Source: Vicinamibacteria bacterium
Lineage (GTDB): Bacteria; Acidobacteriota; Vicinamibacteria; Fen-336
DNA: 64,000 bases
NCBI GenBank assembly: GCA_025994075.1
Contig: JAMQGV010000012.1
Location: forward strand, 21,948 to 85,947
Direction: 5' to 3'
Under the pieces are notes generated by a model. That model was not told where the DNA came from, ran no database searches, and saw only the letters and a program-made list of their open reading frames with translations. The position numbers and the translations under genes were made by a program. Shown here piece after piece: positions 55,645 to 64,000 of this stretch (positions are counted from its first letter, which is position 1; each line of letters starts with the position of its first letter).

Positions 55645-56318
55645 GCTTCCGCCGCGCCGGCGCCTGGCTCGCCGCGGCGCTGCTCGCTCTCGCACTCCCG
55701 CTGGCGGCCCAGCAGGGCCGGCCCGGCGGCGGCGGCGGCCACTTCGGCAACCCGCCCGACCTCGAGTCCTACATCGCGCAACTCGAGGAGCAGGGCCGCG
55801 CCGGCTGGCAGAAACCCGACCAGGTCGTCTCCGCGCTCGGCCTCAAGCCGGGCCAGACGGCGTGCGACGTCGGCGCCGGTCCCGGCTACTTCTCGCTGCG
55901 CCTGGCGCGGGCGGTGGGCAAGGCGGGCCGCGTGTTCGCCGTCGACGTCGAGCCGGTGATCCTCGACGCGCTGCGCGACCGCGTGGGCCAGACCGGCCTC
56001 ACCAACGTCACGCCCGTGCTGGCCCTGCCCCACGACCCGCTGATCCCGCCCGGTTCCTGCGACCTGATCCTGATCGTCAACACCTACCACCACTTCCCGG
56101 ACGGACCCGCCTACCTGCGCCGCCTGATCGCCGCCCTCAAGCCGGGCGGCCGGATCGCCAACATCGACTTCCAGAAGCGCCGCACGGCGATCGGCCCGCC
56201 CCCGGAGCAACGCCTCGCCCGCGAGGACTTCCTGAAGGAAGCGGCGGCGGGTGGCCTGCGGCTGGTGGCGGAGAAGCACTTCCTCCCCTACCAGTACTTC
56301 CTGCTGCTGACGCCCTGA
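55641..56318 (+). CDS. Secreted class I SAM-dependent methyltransferase
   Basis: GTGA overlap. Signal peptide, SAM motif I (CDVGAGPGYFSLRLA), motif post-I (VFAVDVE). Confidence 0.7.
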   Translation: MSFRRAGAWLAAALLALALPLAAQQGRPGGGGGHFGNPPDLESYIAQLEEQGRAGWQKPDQVVSALGLKPGQTACDVGAGPGYFSLRLARAVGKAGRVFAVDVEPVILDALRDRVGQTGLTNVTPVLALPHDPLIPPGSCDLILIVNTYHHFPDGPAYLRRLIAALKPGGRIANIDFQKRRTAIGPPPEQRLAREDFLKEAAAGGLRLVAEKHFLPYQYFLLLTP

Positions 56319-56322
56319 GCCT

Positions 56323-57657
56323 CTACGGGAGGTACTTGCCGAGGAAGCTGGTCTTGCTGAGGTCCGAGTAGAGGACGAGGCAGACGAGCAGCAGGACCGC
56401 GATCACGCCGGCGTTGAGGATGTAGTCCTTGAGCCGCTGCGGGAGGTCGCGGCCGATCACGCCTTCGACCGCCAGCATCGCCATCTGGCCCGCGTCGAGC
56501 ACCGGGATCGGGACGATCAGGTTGAACAGGCCGACCTGCAGGCTGATGATCGCGATCAGCCGCATCAGCGCCAGCAGGCCGCCCTCGCGGGCCGCCTCGC
56601 CCGAGGCCTGGGCGATGCCGATCGGCCCCATCATCGTCTTCGGCGAGAGCTGCGCCGTCACCAGCCGCCCCAGCACCTCGAACGTCTGCTTCGTCATCGC
56701 CCAGCTCTGGGCGATCGCCTCGCGCACCGAGCGGGCGAAGCCGAACTGCTGGGTGATCAGCTTGGGCCCGATGCCGAGCCGCGGCACGCCGCCGTCGAGC
56801 TTCGGCTGGATCGCCAGCGCGAGCGGCGCGCCGTCGCGCAGCAGCTCGAGCTGCAGCGGGCGGTCCTTCGCGGCCTGCACCAGCGGCGGGATGTCGCCGA
56901 AGCCGCGGATCGCCTGGCCGTCGATGCGCAGCACCGCGTCGTCCTCGCGCAGGCCCGCGGCGGCCGCCGCCGAGCCCTCCATCACGCGCCCGATCTGGAC
57001 CAGCGGGAAGACGCCGATGGTGCCCACCTTCTCCTTGCCGAAAGCCGCGGCCCGCACGTCGACGAGGGTCGTGGTGCCGCCGCGCTGCAGGCGCAGCGGG
57101 AACTCCTGCTCCGGCCGCAGCAGCACCTGGTAGCCGGCGTCCTCCCAGGTCGCGACCGGCACGTCGTCGACCGCCAGGATGCGGTCGCCCGGCTGCACGC
57201 CCGCGCGCGCGCCCGGGCCCTCGGGATCGACCGCGCCGACGACCGGCGGCGCGTAGAGCGCGGCGTCGACCTGGAAGCCGACCATGAACAGCCCGGTCAG
57301 CACCGCCACGGTCAGCACGCCGTTCATCGCCGGCCCCGCGAAGTACACGAGGAAGCGCTGCCAGCGCGGCCGCGACTGGAAGTCCTTCGAGTCCCCGCGC
57401 CCCTCGACGCTCTCCGAGAGGCCGTCGTCGCCTTCGCCCTCGAGCTTGACGTAGCCGCCGAGCGGGATCAGCGAGACGCGGCAGTCGGTCTCGCCCCACT
57501 TGAAGCCGAACAGCCGGGTGCCGAAGCCGAGCGAGAACACGTAGGCCCGCATCCCGAACGCCTTGGCGGCGAGCAGGTGGCCGAACTCGTGGACGAACAC
57601 GACCACGCCGAGCACGACGATGAAGGCACCGGTGGTGCCGAGGAACCCTTCCAGCAT
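56323..57657 (-). CDS. rseP: Site-2 protease RseP (M50 zinc metalloprotease with PDZ domains)
   Basis: HEFGHLLAAK HExxH, two PDZ domains, LDAGQM motif. Confidence 0.85.
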   Translation of the reverse strand: MLEGFLGTTGAFIVVLGVVVFVHEFGHLLAAKAFGMRAYVFSLGFGTRLFGFKWGETDCRVSLIPLGGYVKLEGEGDDGLSESVEGRGDSKDFQSRPRWQRFLVYFAGPAMNGVLTVAVLTGLFMVGFQVDAALYAPPVVGAVDPEGPGARAGVQPGDRILAVDDVPVATWEDAGYQVLLRPEQEFPLRLQRGGTTTLVDVRAAAFGKEKVGTIGVFPLVQIGRVMEGSAAAAAGLREDDAVLRIDGQAIRGFGDIPPLVQAAKDRPLQLELLRDGAPLALAIQPKLDGGVPRLGIGPKLITQQFGFARSVREAIAQSWAMTKQTFEVLGRLVTAQLSPKTMMGPIGIAQASGEAAREGGLLALMRLIAIISLQVGLFNLIVPIPVLDAGQMAMLAVEGVIGRDLPQRLKDYILNAGVIAVLLLVCLVLYSDLSKTSFLGKYLP

Positions 57658-57677
57658 CTTCTTCCTAGATTAAGCGC

Positions 57678-58868
<1,191 letters not shown>

Positions 58869-58893
58869 GGGATCTCGCGCGGGAGGTGCGGCG

Positions 58894-59715
58894 TCAGCGC
58901 TGGTAGAGGTAGAAATAGTAGAGGACCGGCGCGCCGAACAACAAGCTGTCCAGCCGGTCGAGCATGCCGCCGTGGCCCGGGAACAGCGCGCCCGAGTCCT
59001 TGATGCCCGCCCAGCGCTTGAGCAGGCTCTCCAGCAGGTCGCCGACGATGCCCATGGCGGCCACCGCCACGCCGAGCGCGAGGGTCACCGGGAGCGAGAC
59101 GCCGGGCAGCGCCGCCTCGCGGATCAGCCACGCGCCGAGCGCGCCGCCGACCAGGCCGCCCAGCGCGCCTTCGACCGTCTTGCCCGGCGAGATCAGCGGC
59201 GCCAGCCGGTGGCGGCCCGCGAGGTGGCCCGCGAAGTAGGCGAACACGTCCGACATCATCACGACGAAGATCAGCAGCAGCAGGCGGTAGCCGCCCAGCT
59301 CGACCGGCTCGAGCACCCGCAGGCCGGCCAGCGTCCCGCCCAGCGCGCCGAGATAGGTCGCGCCCATGAACGTGCCGGCGGCGGCGGGCACGGTCTGGGC
59401 GAGGTCGTCGGCGCGGCGCAGCGTCGAGGTCAGCAGCAGCAGCGCCGCCAGCGGCCACAGCGCGGGCCCCGCCCAGCCCGGCTGGACCTCCTCGAGGAAG
59501 ATGAACGCGGTCAGCAGCAGGCCGGTGAAGCGCAGCGGGCGCAGCCCGCGGGCGGCCAGCAGCTTGTAGTACTCGAGGAGCCCGAGGCCGATCGCGGCAC
59601 CCGCGACCGCCACGGTCGCCAGCGGCGGCGCGTAGAGGAGCAGCCCCAGCAGCAGCGGCAGCGCCACGAGCGCGGTCAGCAGCCGCGCCCGCAGGTCGCC
59701 GAACTTGCCGCTCAA
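58894..59715 (-). CDS. cdsA: Phosphatidate cytidylyltransferase
   Basis: TTG start overlapping the uppS stop. C-terminal signature GKTVEGALGG...GHGGMLDRLDS. Confidence 0.8.
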   Translation of the reverse strand: MSGKFGDLRARLLTALVALPLLLGLLLYAPPLATVAVAGAAIGLGLLEYYKLLAARGLRPLRFTGLLLTAFIFLEEVQPGWAGPALWPLAALLLLTSTLRRADDLAQTVPAAAGTFMGATYLGALGGTLAGLRVLEPVELGGYRLLLLIFVVMMSDVFAYFAGHLAGRHRLAPLISPGKTVEGALGGLVGGALGAWLIREAALPGVSLPVTLALGVAVAAMGIVGDLLESLLKRWAGIKDSGALFPGHGGMLDRLDSLLFGAPVLYYFYLYQR

Positions 59716-60497
59716 CTGGCGACGATGCCGCCGTAGCGGCGCTCGCGGCGCTGGTAGTCGACCACCGCCTGCAGCAGGTGGCGGCGGCGGAAGTCGGGCC
59801 ACAGCACGTCGGTGACCCAGATCTCCGAGTAGGCGATCTGCCACAGCAGGAAGTTGCTGACCCGCAGCTCGCCGCTGGTGCGGATCAGCAGGTCGGGGTC
59901 GGGCTGGCCTGCCGTGTACAGGTAGCGGGCGAGGGTCGCCTCGTCGATCGTCGCCGGGTCGAGGCCGTTGGCCTGCACGTCGGCCGCCAGCCGCCGGACG
60001 CCGTCTGCCAGTTCGGTGCGCCCGCCGTAGTTGAGCGCGAGCTGGAACAGCAGGCCCTGCGAGTGCCGCGTGCGCTCGGTCGCCCGCATCAGCTCGTCCT
60101 GGACGTCGGCCGGCAGCGCCTCGGGCCGGCCGATCACGCCGAAGCGGATGTCGTTCTTGAGCATCGTGTCGAGCTCGGAGCGCAGGTAGTGCTTGAGGAG
60201 CAGCATCAGCCCCGAGATCTCCAGCTCCGGCCGCTTCCAGTTCTCGACCGAGAACGCGTAGAGGGTGAGCACCTTCAGGCCCAGCCGGGCCGAGGTCTCG
60301 ACCGTCTCCCGCACCGAGGCGATGCCCGCGCGGTGGCCCTCGATGCGCGGCATCATCCGCTTCTTCGCCCAGCGCCCGTTGCCGTCCATGATGACGGCGA
60401 CGTGGCGCGGCAGGCGCGCGAAGTCGATCCCGTCGAGGAGCTGCTTCTCCTCGACGGAGTCCTGCGGCATGACGGCCAGGAGGTCTTCGCGTGACAT
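59712..60497 (-). CDS. uppS: Undecaprenyl-diphosphate synthase (cis-isoprenyl transferase)
   Basis: PRHVAVIMDGNGRWA, LTLYAFSVENWKRP, RTSGELRVSNFLLWQ. Confidence 0.9.
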   Translation of the reverse strand: MSREDLLAVMPQDSVEEKQLLDGIDFARLPRHVAVIMDGNGRWAKKRMMPRIEGHRAGIASVRETVETSARLGLKVLTLYAFSVENWKRPELEISGLMLLLKHYLRSELDTMLKNDIRFGVIGRPEALPADVQDELMRATERTRHSQGLLFQLALNYGGRTELADGVRRLAADVQANGLDPATIDEATLARYLYTAGQPDPDLLIRTSGELRVSNFLLWQIAYSEIWVTDVLWPDFRRRHLLQAVVDYQRRERRYGGIVAS

Positions 60498-60525
60498 CAG
60501 GACTATCGGCGCAAAGCCTTTCGCA

Positions 60526-61308
60526 TCAGCGGGATTCCTCGGGCCCGTTAGTGTAGCTCACCCGGACCAGGGTGAGCCCGTGGGCCGGCGCGGGCGGCGG
60601 CCAGCGGCGGCGGTCCCGGGCGTGCAACTCGTACTCGAGCACGGCCGCAGTGGCCGCCCCGCGGCCCACGGCCAGCAGCCCGCCGACGATGCTGCGCACC
60701 ATCTTGCGCAGGAAGCCGTCGCCTTCGACCTCGTAGACGAGACCGGGGCCGCCTTCGTGCTCCACCCCGCGCAACTCGGAGCGGGTCAGCGTGCGCACCG
60801 TGGTCTTGACGTCGCTGCCCGTGGACGCGAGCGAGGCGAAGTCGCGGCGGCCGAGGAACAGCAGCGCCGCTTCGCCCATCGCCCGCCGGTCGAGCGGCGC
60901 GGGCACGTGCAGCGCGAAGTGGCGGCGCTGCGGGAGCTGCACGAGAGCGGTGTCGATCGTGTAGCGATAGCACTTCGAGGTCGCGCTGCGGCGGGCGTGG
61001 AAGTCGTCCGCGGCCGGCGCCGCGCCCAGCGCGCGGAGGTCGCCGGGCAGCACCGCGTTGAGGGCGCGCACCAGGTCGGCCTCCGCCCACGCGCGCGGCA
61101 GGTCGCAGGAGGCCACCTGGCCGAGCGCGTGCACCCCCGCGTCGGTGCGCCCCGCGCCGTCGACGTGCACGGGGCTGCCGCCGTGCAGGCGGGCGAGGGC
61201 CGCTTCCAGCTCGCCCTGGACCGTGCGCGACGCGCGCTGGGCGGCCTGGAGCTGGAAGCCCTCGAAGCCGGTCCCGTCGTAGGCGAGCGTCAGCCGGAAG
61301 CGCGGCAT
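60526..61308 (-). CDS. truA: tRNA pseudouridine(38-40) synthase
   Basis: LAYDGTGFEGFQ, GRTDAGVHA catalytic Asp motif. Confidence 0.85.
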   Translation of the reverse strand: MPRFRLTLAYDGTGFEGFQLQAAQRASRTVQGELEAALARLHGGSPVHVDGAGRTDAGVHALGQVASCDLPRAWAEADLVRALNAVLPGDLRALGAAPAADDFHARRSATSKCYRYTIDTALVQLPQRRHFALHVPAPLDRRAMGEAALLFLGRRDFASLASTGSDVKTTVRTLTRSELRGVEHEGGPGLVYEVEGDGFLRKMVRSIVGGLLAVGRGAATAAVLEYELHARDRRRWPPPAPAHGLTLVRVSYTNGPEESR

Positions 61309-61336
61309 CCGCGGCCCCGCCGTCCCCGGTCGAACC

Positions 61337-61909
61337 TCAGCGCCGCGAACCCGGCTTCACCGGCGCGCCGCCCTGCTGGCACAGCGGGCACTCGTCGGCG
61401 CTCCACGTCGGCACCTCCAGCGTGATCAGGCTGGCGCGCGGCACGCCGAGGTCGACGCTGCCGCCGCTGCGGTCGACCAGGCTGCCGACGCCGATCACCG
61501 TCGCGCCGGTCGGCTCCAGCGCGGCGAACACCTCGCGCGTCGACTTCCCGGTGGTGATCACGTCCTCGACGACCACGACCGGCTCGCCCGCGCGCAGCGC
61601 GAAACCGCGGCGCAGCGACATCCCGCCGTCGGTGCGCTCCGTGAAGAGGCCGGCGCAGCCGAAGCCGCGGGCCACCTCGTGGGCGACCAGCACGCCGCCC
61701 AGCGCCGGCGCCACCACGGCCGACGGCGGCTCGGGCAGCAGCCGTCCCAGCTTTTCGGCGAGCAGCGCGCCGAGGCGGGTGGCGACGACGGGATCCATCA
61801 GCACCCGCGCGCACTGCAGGTAGCGCGGCGAGTGCAGGCCGGAGGAGAGCAGGAAGTGGCCCTCGAGCAGGGCCTCCCGCTCGCGGAACAGCTCGAGCAG
61901 CTCGTTCAT
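61337..61909 (-). CDS. pyrE: Orotate phosphoribosyltransferase
   Basis: GHFLLSSGLHSPRY, PRPP loop VVVEDVITTGKS. Confidence 0.9.
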   Translation of the reverse strand: MNELLELFREREALLEGHFLLSSGLHSPRYLQCARVLMDPVVATRLGALLAEKLGRLLPEPPSAVVAPALGGVLVAHEVARGFGCAGLFTERTDGGMSLRRGFALRAGEPVVVVEDVITTGKSTREVFAALEPTGATVIGVGSLVDRSGGSVDLGVPRASLITLEVPTWSADECPLCQQGGAPVKPGSRR

Positions 61910-61972
61910 GACGCCGGAAGTCTATCGGCTGCGCGGCCCGGCGACGAACGCCTCCCCGTAGAATCGCCCCCG

Positions 61973-63049
61973 ATGCGGATCGTGCACGTGGACAGCGCCC
62001 GGGAGTGGCGCGGCGGGCAGAACCAGGTGTTCCTGGCGGCCCGCGGCATGGCGGCGCGCGGCCACGCGGTGACCGTGGTCTGCGAGCGCGGCCAGCCGCT
62101 CGAGCGGCGCTGCCGCGAGGCCGGCCTCGCGGTCGTCGACACCCGCTTCAGCGGCGACCTCTCGCCCGGCGCGATCGCCACGCTGGCCGGGCTTCTCCGC
62201 CTGCGCGCTCCCGACGTCGTGCAGCTCCACGACCCGCACGCGGTCGCCGCGGGAGTGGTGGCGGCCCGGCTCTCCGGGTCGCGGGCGCGGCTGGTCGCCA
62301 CGCGCCGGGTCGACTTCGCGCTGAAAGGTCCGCTCTCGCGCGCCAAGTATCGCGCCTGCGACGAGGTGATCGCGGTCAGCGACGCCATCCGCCGCGTGCT
62401 CGTCGCCGGTGGCCTGCCTCCCGAACGGCTGCGCGTGGTGCACGAGGGCGTGCCCGACCGGCCCGCGCGACCGGGCGGGCGCGAGACGCTCCGCGCGCTC
62501 GGCGTGCCGGCCGACGCCCGGGTCGTCGGCAACGTGGCGGCGATGGTCGACCACAAGGACCAGGCGACGCTGCTCGCCGCCTTCGCGACGGTCGCGGCGC
62601 GCGACCCGCGGGCCCACCTCGTGATCTTCGGCGACGGCCCGCTGCGCGACGCCTTGCATGCGCGGGCGGCGGCGCCCGACCTGGCGGGTCGCGTCACGTT
62701 CGGCGGCTTCCGCGACGACCTCGACGCGCTGGTCCCCGCCTTCGACGTGTTCTGCCTCAGCTCCCACATGGAGGGCCTCGGCACCAGCCTGCTCGACGCG
62801 ATGTGCTTCGCGCGCCCGATCGTCGGCACCGCCGCGGGCGGCATCCCCGAGGCCGTGGCCGACCGCGAGACCGGCCGCGTCGTGCCGGTGCGCGACGCGG
62901 CGGCGCTGGCCGCGGCGCTTTGCGAAGTGCTCGGCTCGGACGAACTCGCCGCGCGCCTCGGGGCCGCCGGCCGCCGGCGCTTCGAGGAGCGCTTCACGGA
63001 CGCGCGCATGGTCGAGGCCAGCCTCGCCGTGTACGTGGGCGGCGCGTGA
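61973..63049 (+). CDS. GT4-family glycosyltransferase (GT-B fold)
   Basis: N-terminal GT4 domain (MRIVHV...GGQNQVFLAARGMAARGHAV). C-terminal Glycos_transf_1 with E-x7-E-like motif (SHMEGLGTSLLDAMCFARPIVGTAAGGIPE). The start coordinate may be off by 1 nt. Confidence 0.8.
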   Translation: MRIVHVDSAREWRGGQNQVFLAARGMAARGHAVTVVCERGQPLERRCREAGLAVVDTRFSGDLSPGAIATLAGLLRLRAPDVVQLHDPHAVAAGVVAARLSGSRARLVATRRVDFALKGPLSRAKYRACDEVIAVSDAIRRVLVAGGLPPERLRVVHEGVPDRPARPGGRETLRALGVPADARVVGNVAAMVDHKDQATLLAAFATVAARDPRAHLVIFGDGPLRDALHARAAAPDLAGRVTFGGFRDDLDALVPAFDVFCLSSHMEGLGTSLLDAMCFARPIVGTAAGGIPEAVADRETGRVVPVRDAAALAAALCEVLGSDELAARLGAAGRRRFEERFTDARMVEASLAVYVGGA

Positions 63050-63058
63050 GGGCCTGGC

Positions 63059-63988
63059 TCAGGGGTCGCTGACGCCCGTGGGGCAGCGGTGCCCGATGTC
63101 GATCGCGGAGTCGGCGGGCCACTGGGGCGTCGACAGGCCGCGGAAGCCCCAACCGGCGGGGATCTCGGCGTCGGCAGCCTGGGGCGAGAGGAAGATGCTC
63201 CGGTCCACGTCGAGGCAGTCCGCGCGGCCGGTCCTGAAGTAGTCGTCGTTGTTGGTGTCGATGCGCGCCGGGCGCCACGGACTGCTTCCGGCATACATCA
63301 GGTCCCCGGGATCGTCACCGACGTGGTTGCCCGTCCACTGCGGCGCGCAGCGTTGCACGGCACCGACGACGTGGAACACCTCGTGAAGCGCCACGTACTC
63401 TACATAGCCGGCGCTGCGCTCGTCCGACGCGAAGCGGTTGTTCGCGCAGGGCGCGGCTCCCGGCGGCGTGCCCTTGAGGTACAGCGCGGCGACCTGGCCC
63501 ACGAGTCGCGGCGGTACGGGGGCGTTCGCGCACACCGGCACGCCGGCGCCACCGCCGAAGTAGACGAGGTAGATCTTCTGCGGGTGGTCGAACCCACGCG
63601 CCGCGAGAATTCGCTCCAGCTGGTCGCGAATGAAGACCCCGTGGCTGGAGAGCTCGGCATCGGACTGATCGAGGCGGACGAAGGCGACGTCCGGCTGGCC
63701 GCGGAACGTGTCGAGCACCAGGCGCTTCCCGGTCCGCTCGTGGAGCCACGCCTGGGCGGCGGCGAGCGAACGGGCCAGGGTGCCGTTGGTGTCGAGTCGC
63801 TCGTCCGCCCCGTCCGCCGGGAGGACGTAGAGCGCCTTGACCTGGTAGCCCGACACCTCGTCGACTTCATCGACCGTCGCCCTCGGCGTCGGCGTCGGAG
63901 TCGGCGTGGGAGCAGGGGTGGCCGTCGTTGCACCGGACGGACCTCCCCCTCCGCCGCACGCCAGGACAGACCCGAGCGCCATGCCCAT
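63059..63988 (-). CDS. Lipoprotein with PT-repeat linker and HExxH motif (putative zinc metalloprotease)
   Basis: Lipobox MALGSVLAC, (TP)n linker ATPAPTPTPTPTP, ALHEVFHVVG zinc-binding-like motif, several Cys. Confidence 0.5.
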   Translation of the reverse strand: MGMALGSVLACGGGGGPSGATTATPAPTPTPTPTPRATVDEVDEVSGYQVKALYVLPADGADERLDTNGTLARSLAAAQAWLHERTGKRLVLDTFRGQPDVAFVRLDQSDAELSSHGVFIRDQLERILAARGFDHPQKIYLVYFGGGAGVPVCANAPVPPRLVGQVAALYLKGTPPGAAPCANNRFASDERSAGYVEYVALHEVFHVVGAVQRCAPQWTGNHVGDDPGDLMYAGSSPWRPARIDTNNDDYFRTGRADCLDVDRSIFLSPQAADAEIPAGWGFRGLSTPQWPADSAIDIGHRCPTGVSDP

Positions 63989-64000
63989 TGCGAGACGGAG

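Overview
This is a very GC-rich (about 70%), tightly packed bacterial chromosomal segment. Many neighbouring genes overlap by 4 nt at stop/start (GTGA, ATGA, TTGA). The organism looks like a high-GC Myxococcota- or delta-proteobacterium-like taxon, but that is a low-confidence inference from gene content. I call about 55 protein-coding genes; I found no rRNA, tRNA, CRISPR array, IS element or integrase. Gene content:
- Respiratory: nuoA, a fused nuoE-nuoF and nuoH in a non-canonical order.
- Housekeeping: pyk, upp, sthA, pyrE, truA, and the conserved uppS-cdsA-dxr-rseP isoprenoid/envelope cluster.
- Secreted peptidases: an M1 aminopeptidase, a Tat-signal TldD with a signal-less TldE, plus M28 and M24 peptidases.
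- Envelope and metal functions: a TonB-dependent receptor with a His/acidic loop, a CDF transporter, PhoD, and a sortilin/BNR protein.
- Signalling: a PDZ-GAF-PP2C membrane sensor, a PAS-GGDEF-EAL protein, a DesK-type kinase with a NarL-type regulator, and a GntR regulator.

The most interesting candidates are:
1. A periplasmic rhodanese whose ORF is interrupted by a single in-frame TGA in the catalytic loop (possible selenoprotein).
2. A GntR-flanked operon: DprE1-like FAD oxidase, DprE2-like SDR, alpha/beta hydrolase and a sulfotransferase-like protein. A nearby ABC-2 transporter / two-component / spermidine-synthase-like / YfhO-like operon may form a lipid-linked-sugar glycosylation system with it.
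3. The nuoA-nuoEF-nuoH arrangement.
4. An orphan 629-aa two-domain protein with no recognisable homology.
5. A long translationally coupled operon linking c-di-GMP signalling to a molybdopterin oxidoreductase.

Many long ORFs in the six-frame track are GC-driven artefacts and were rejected.
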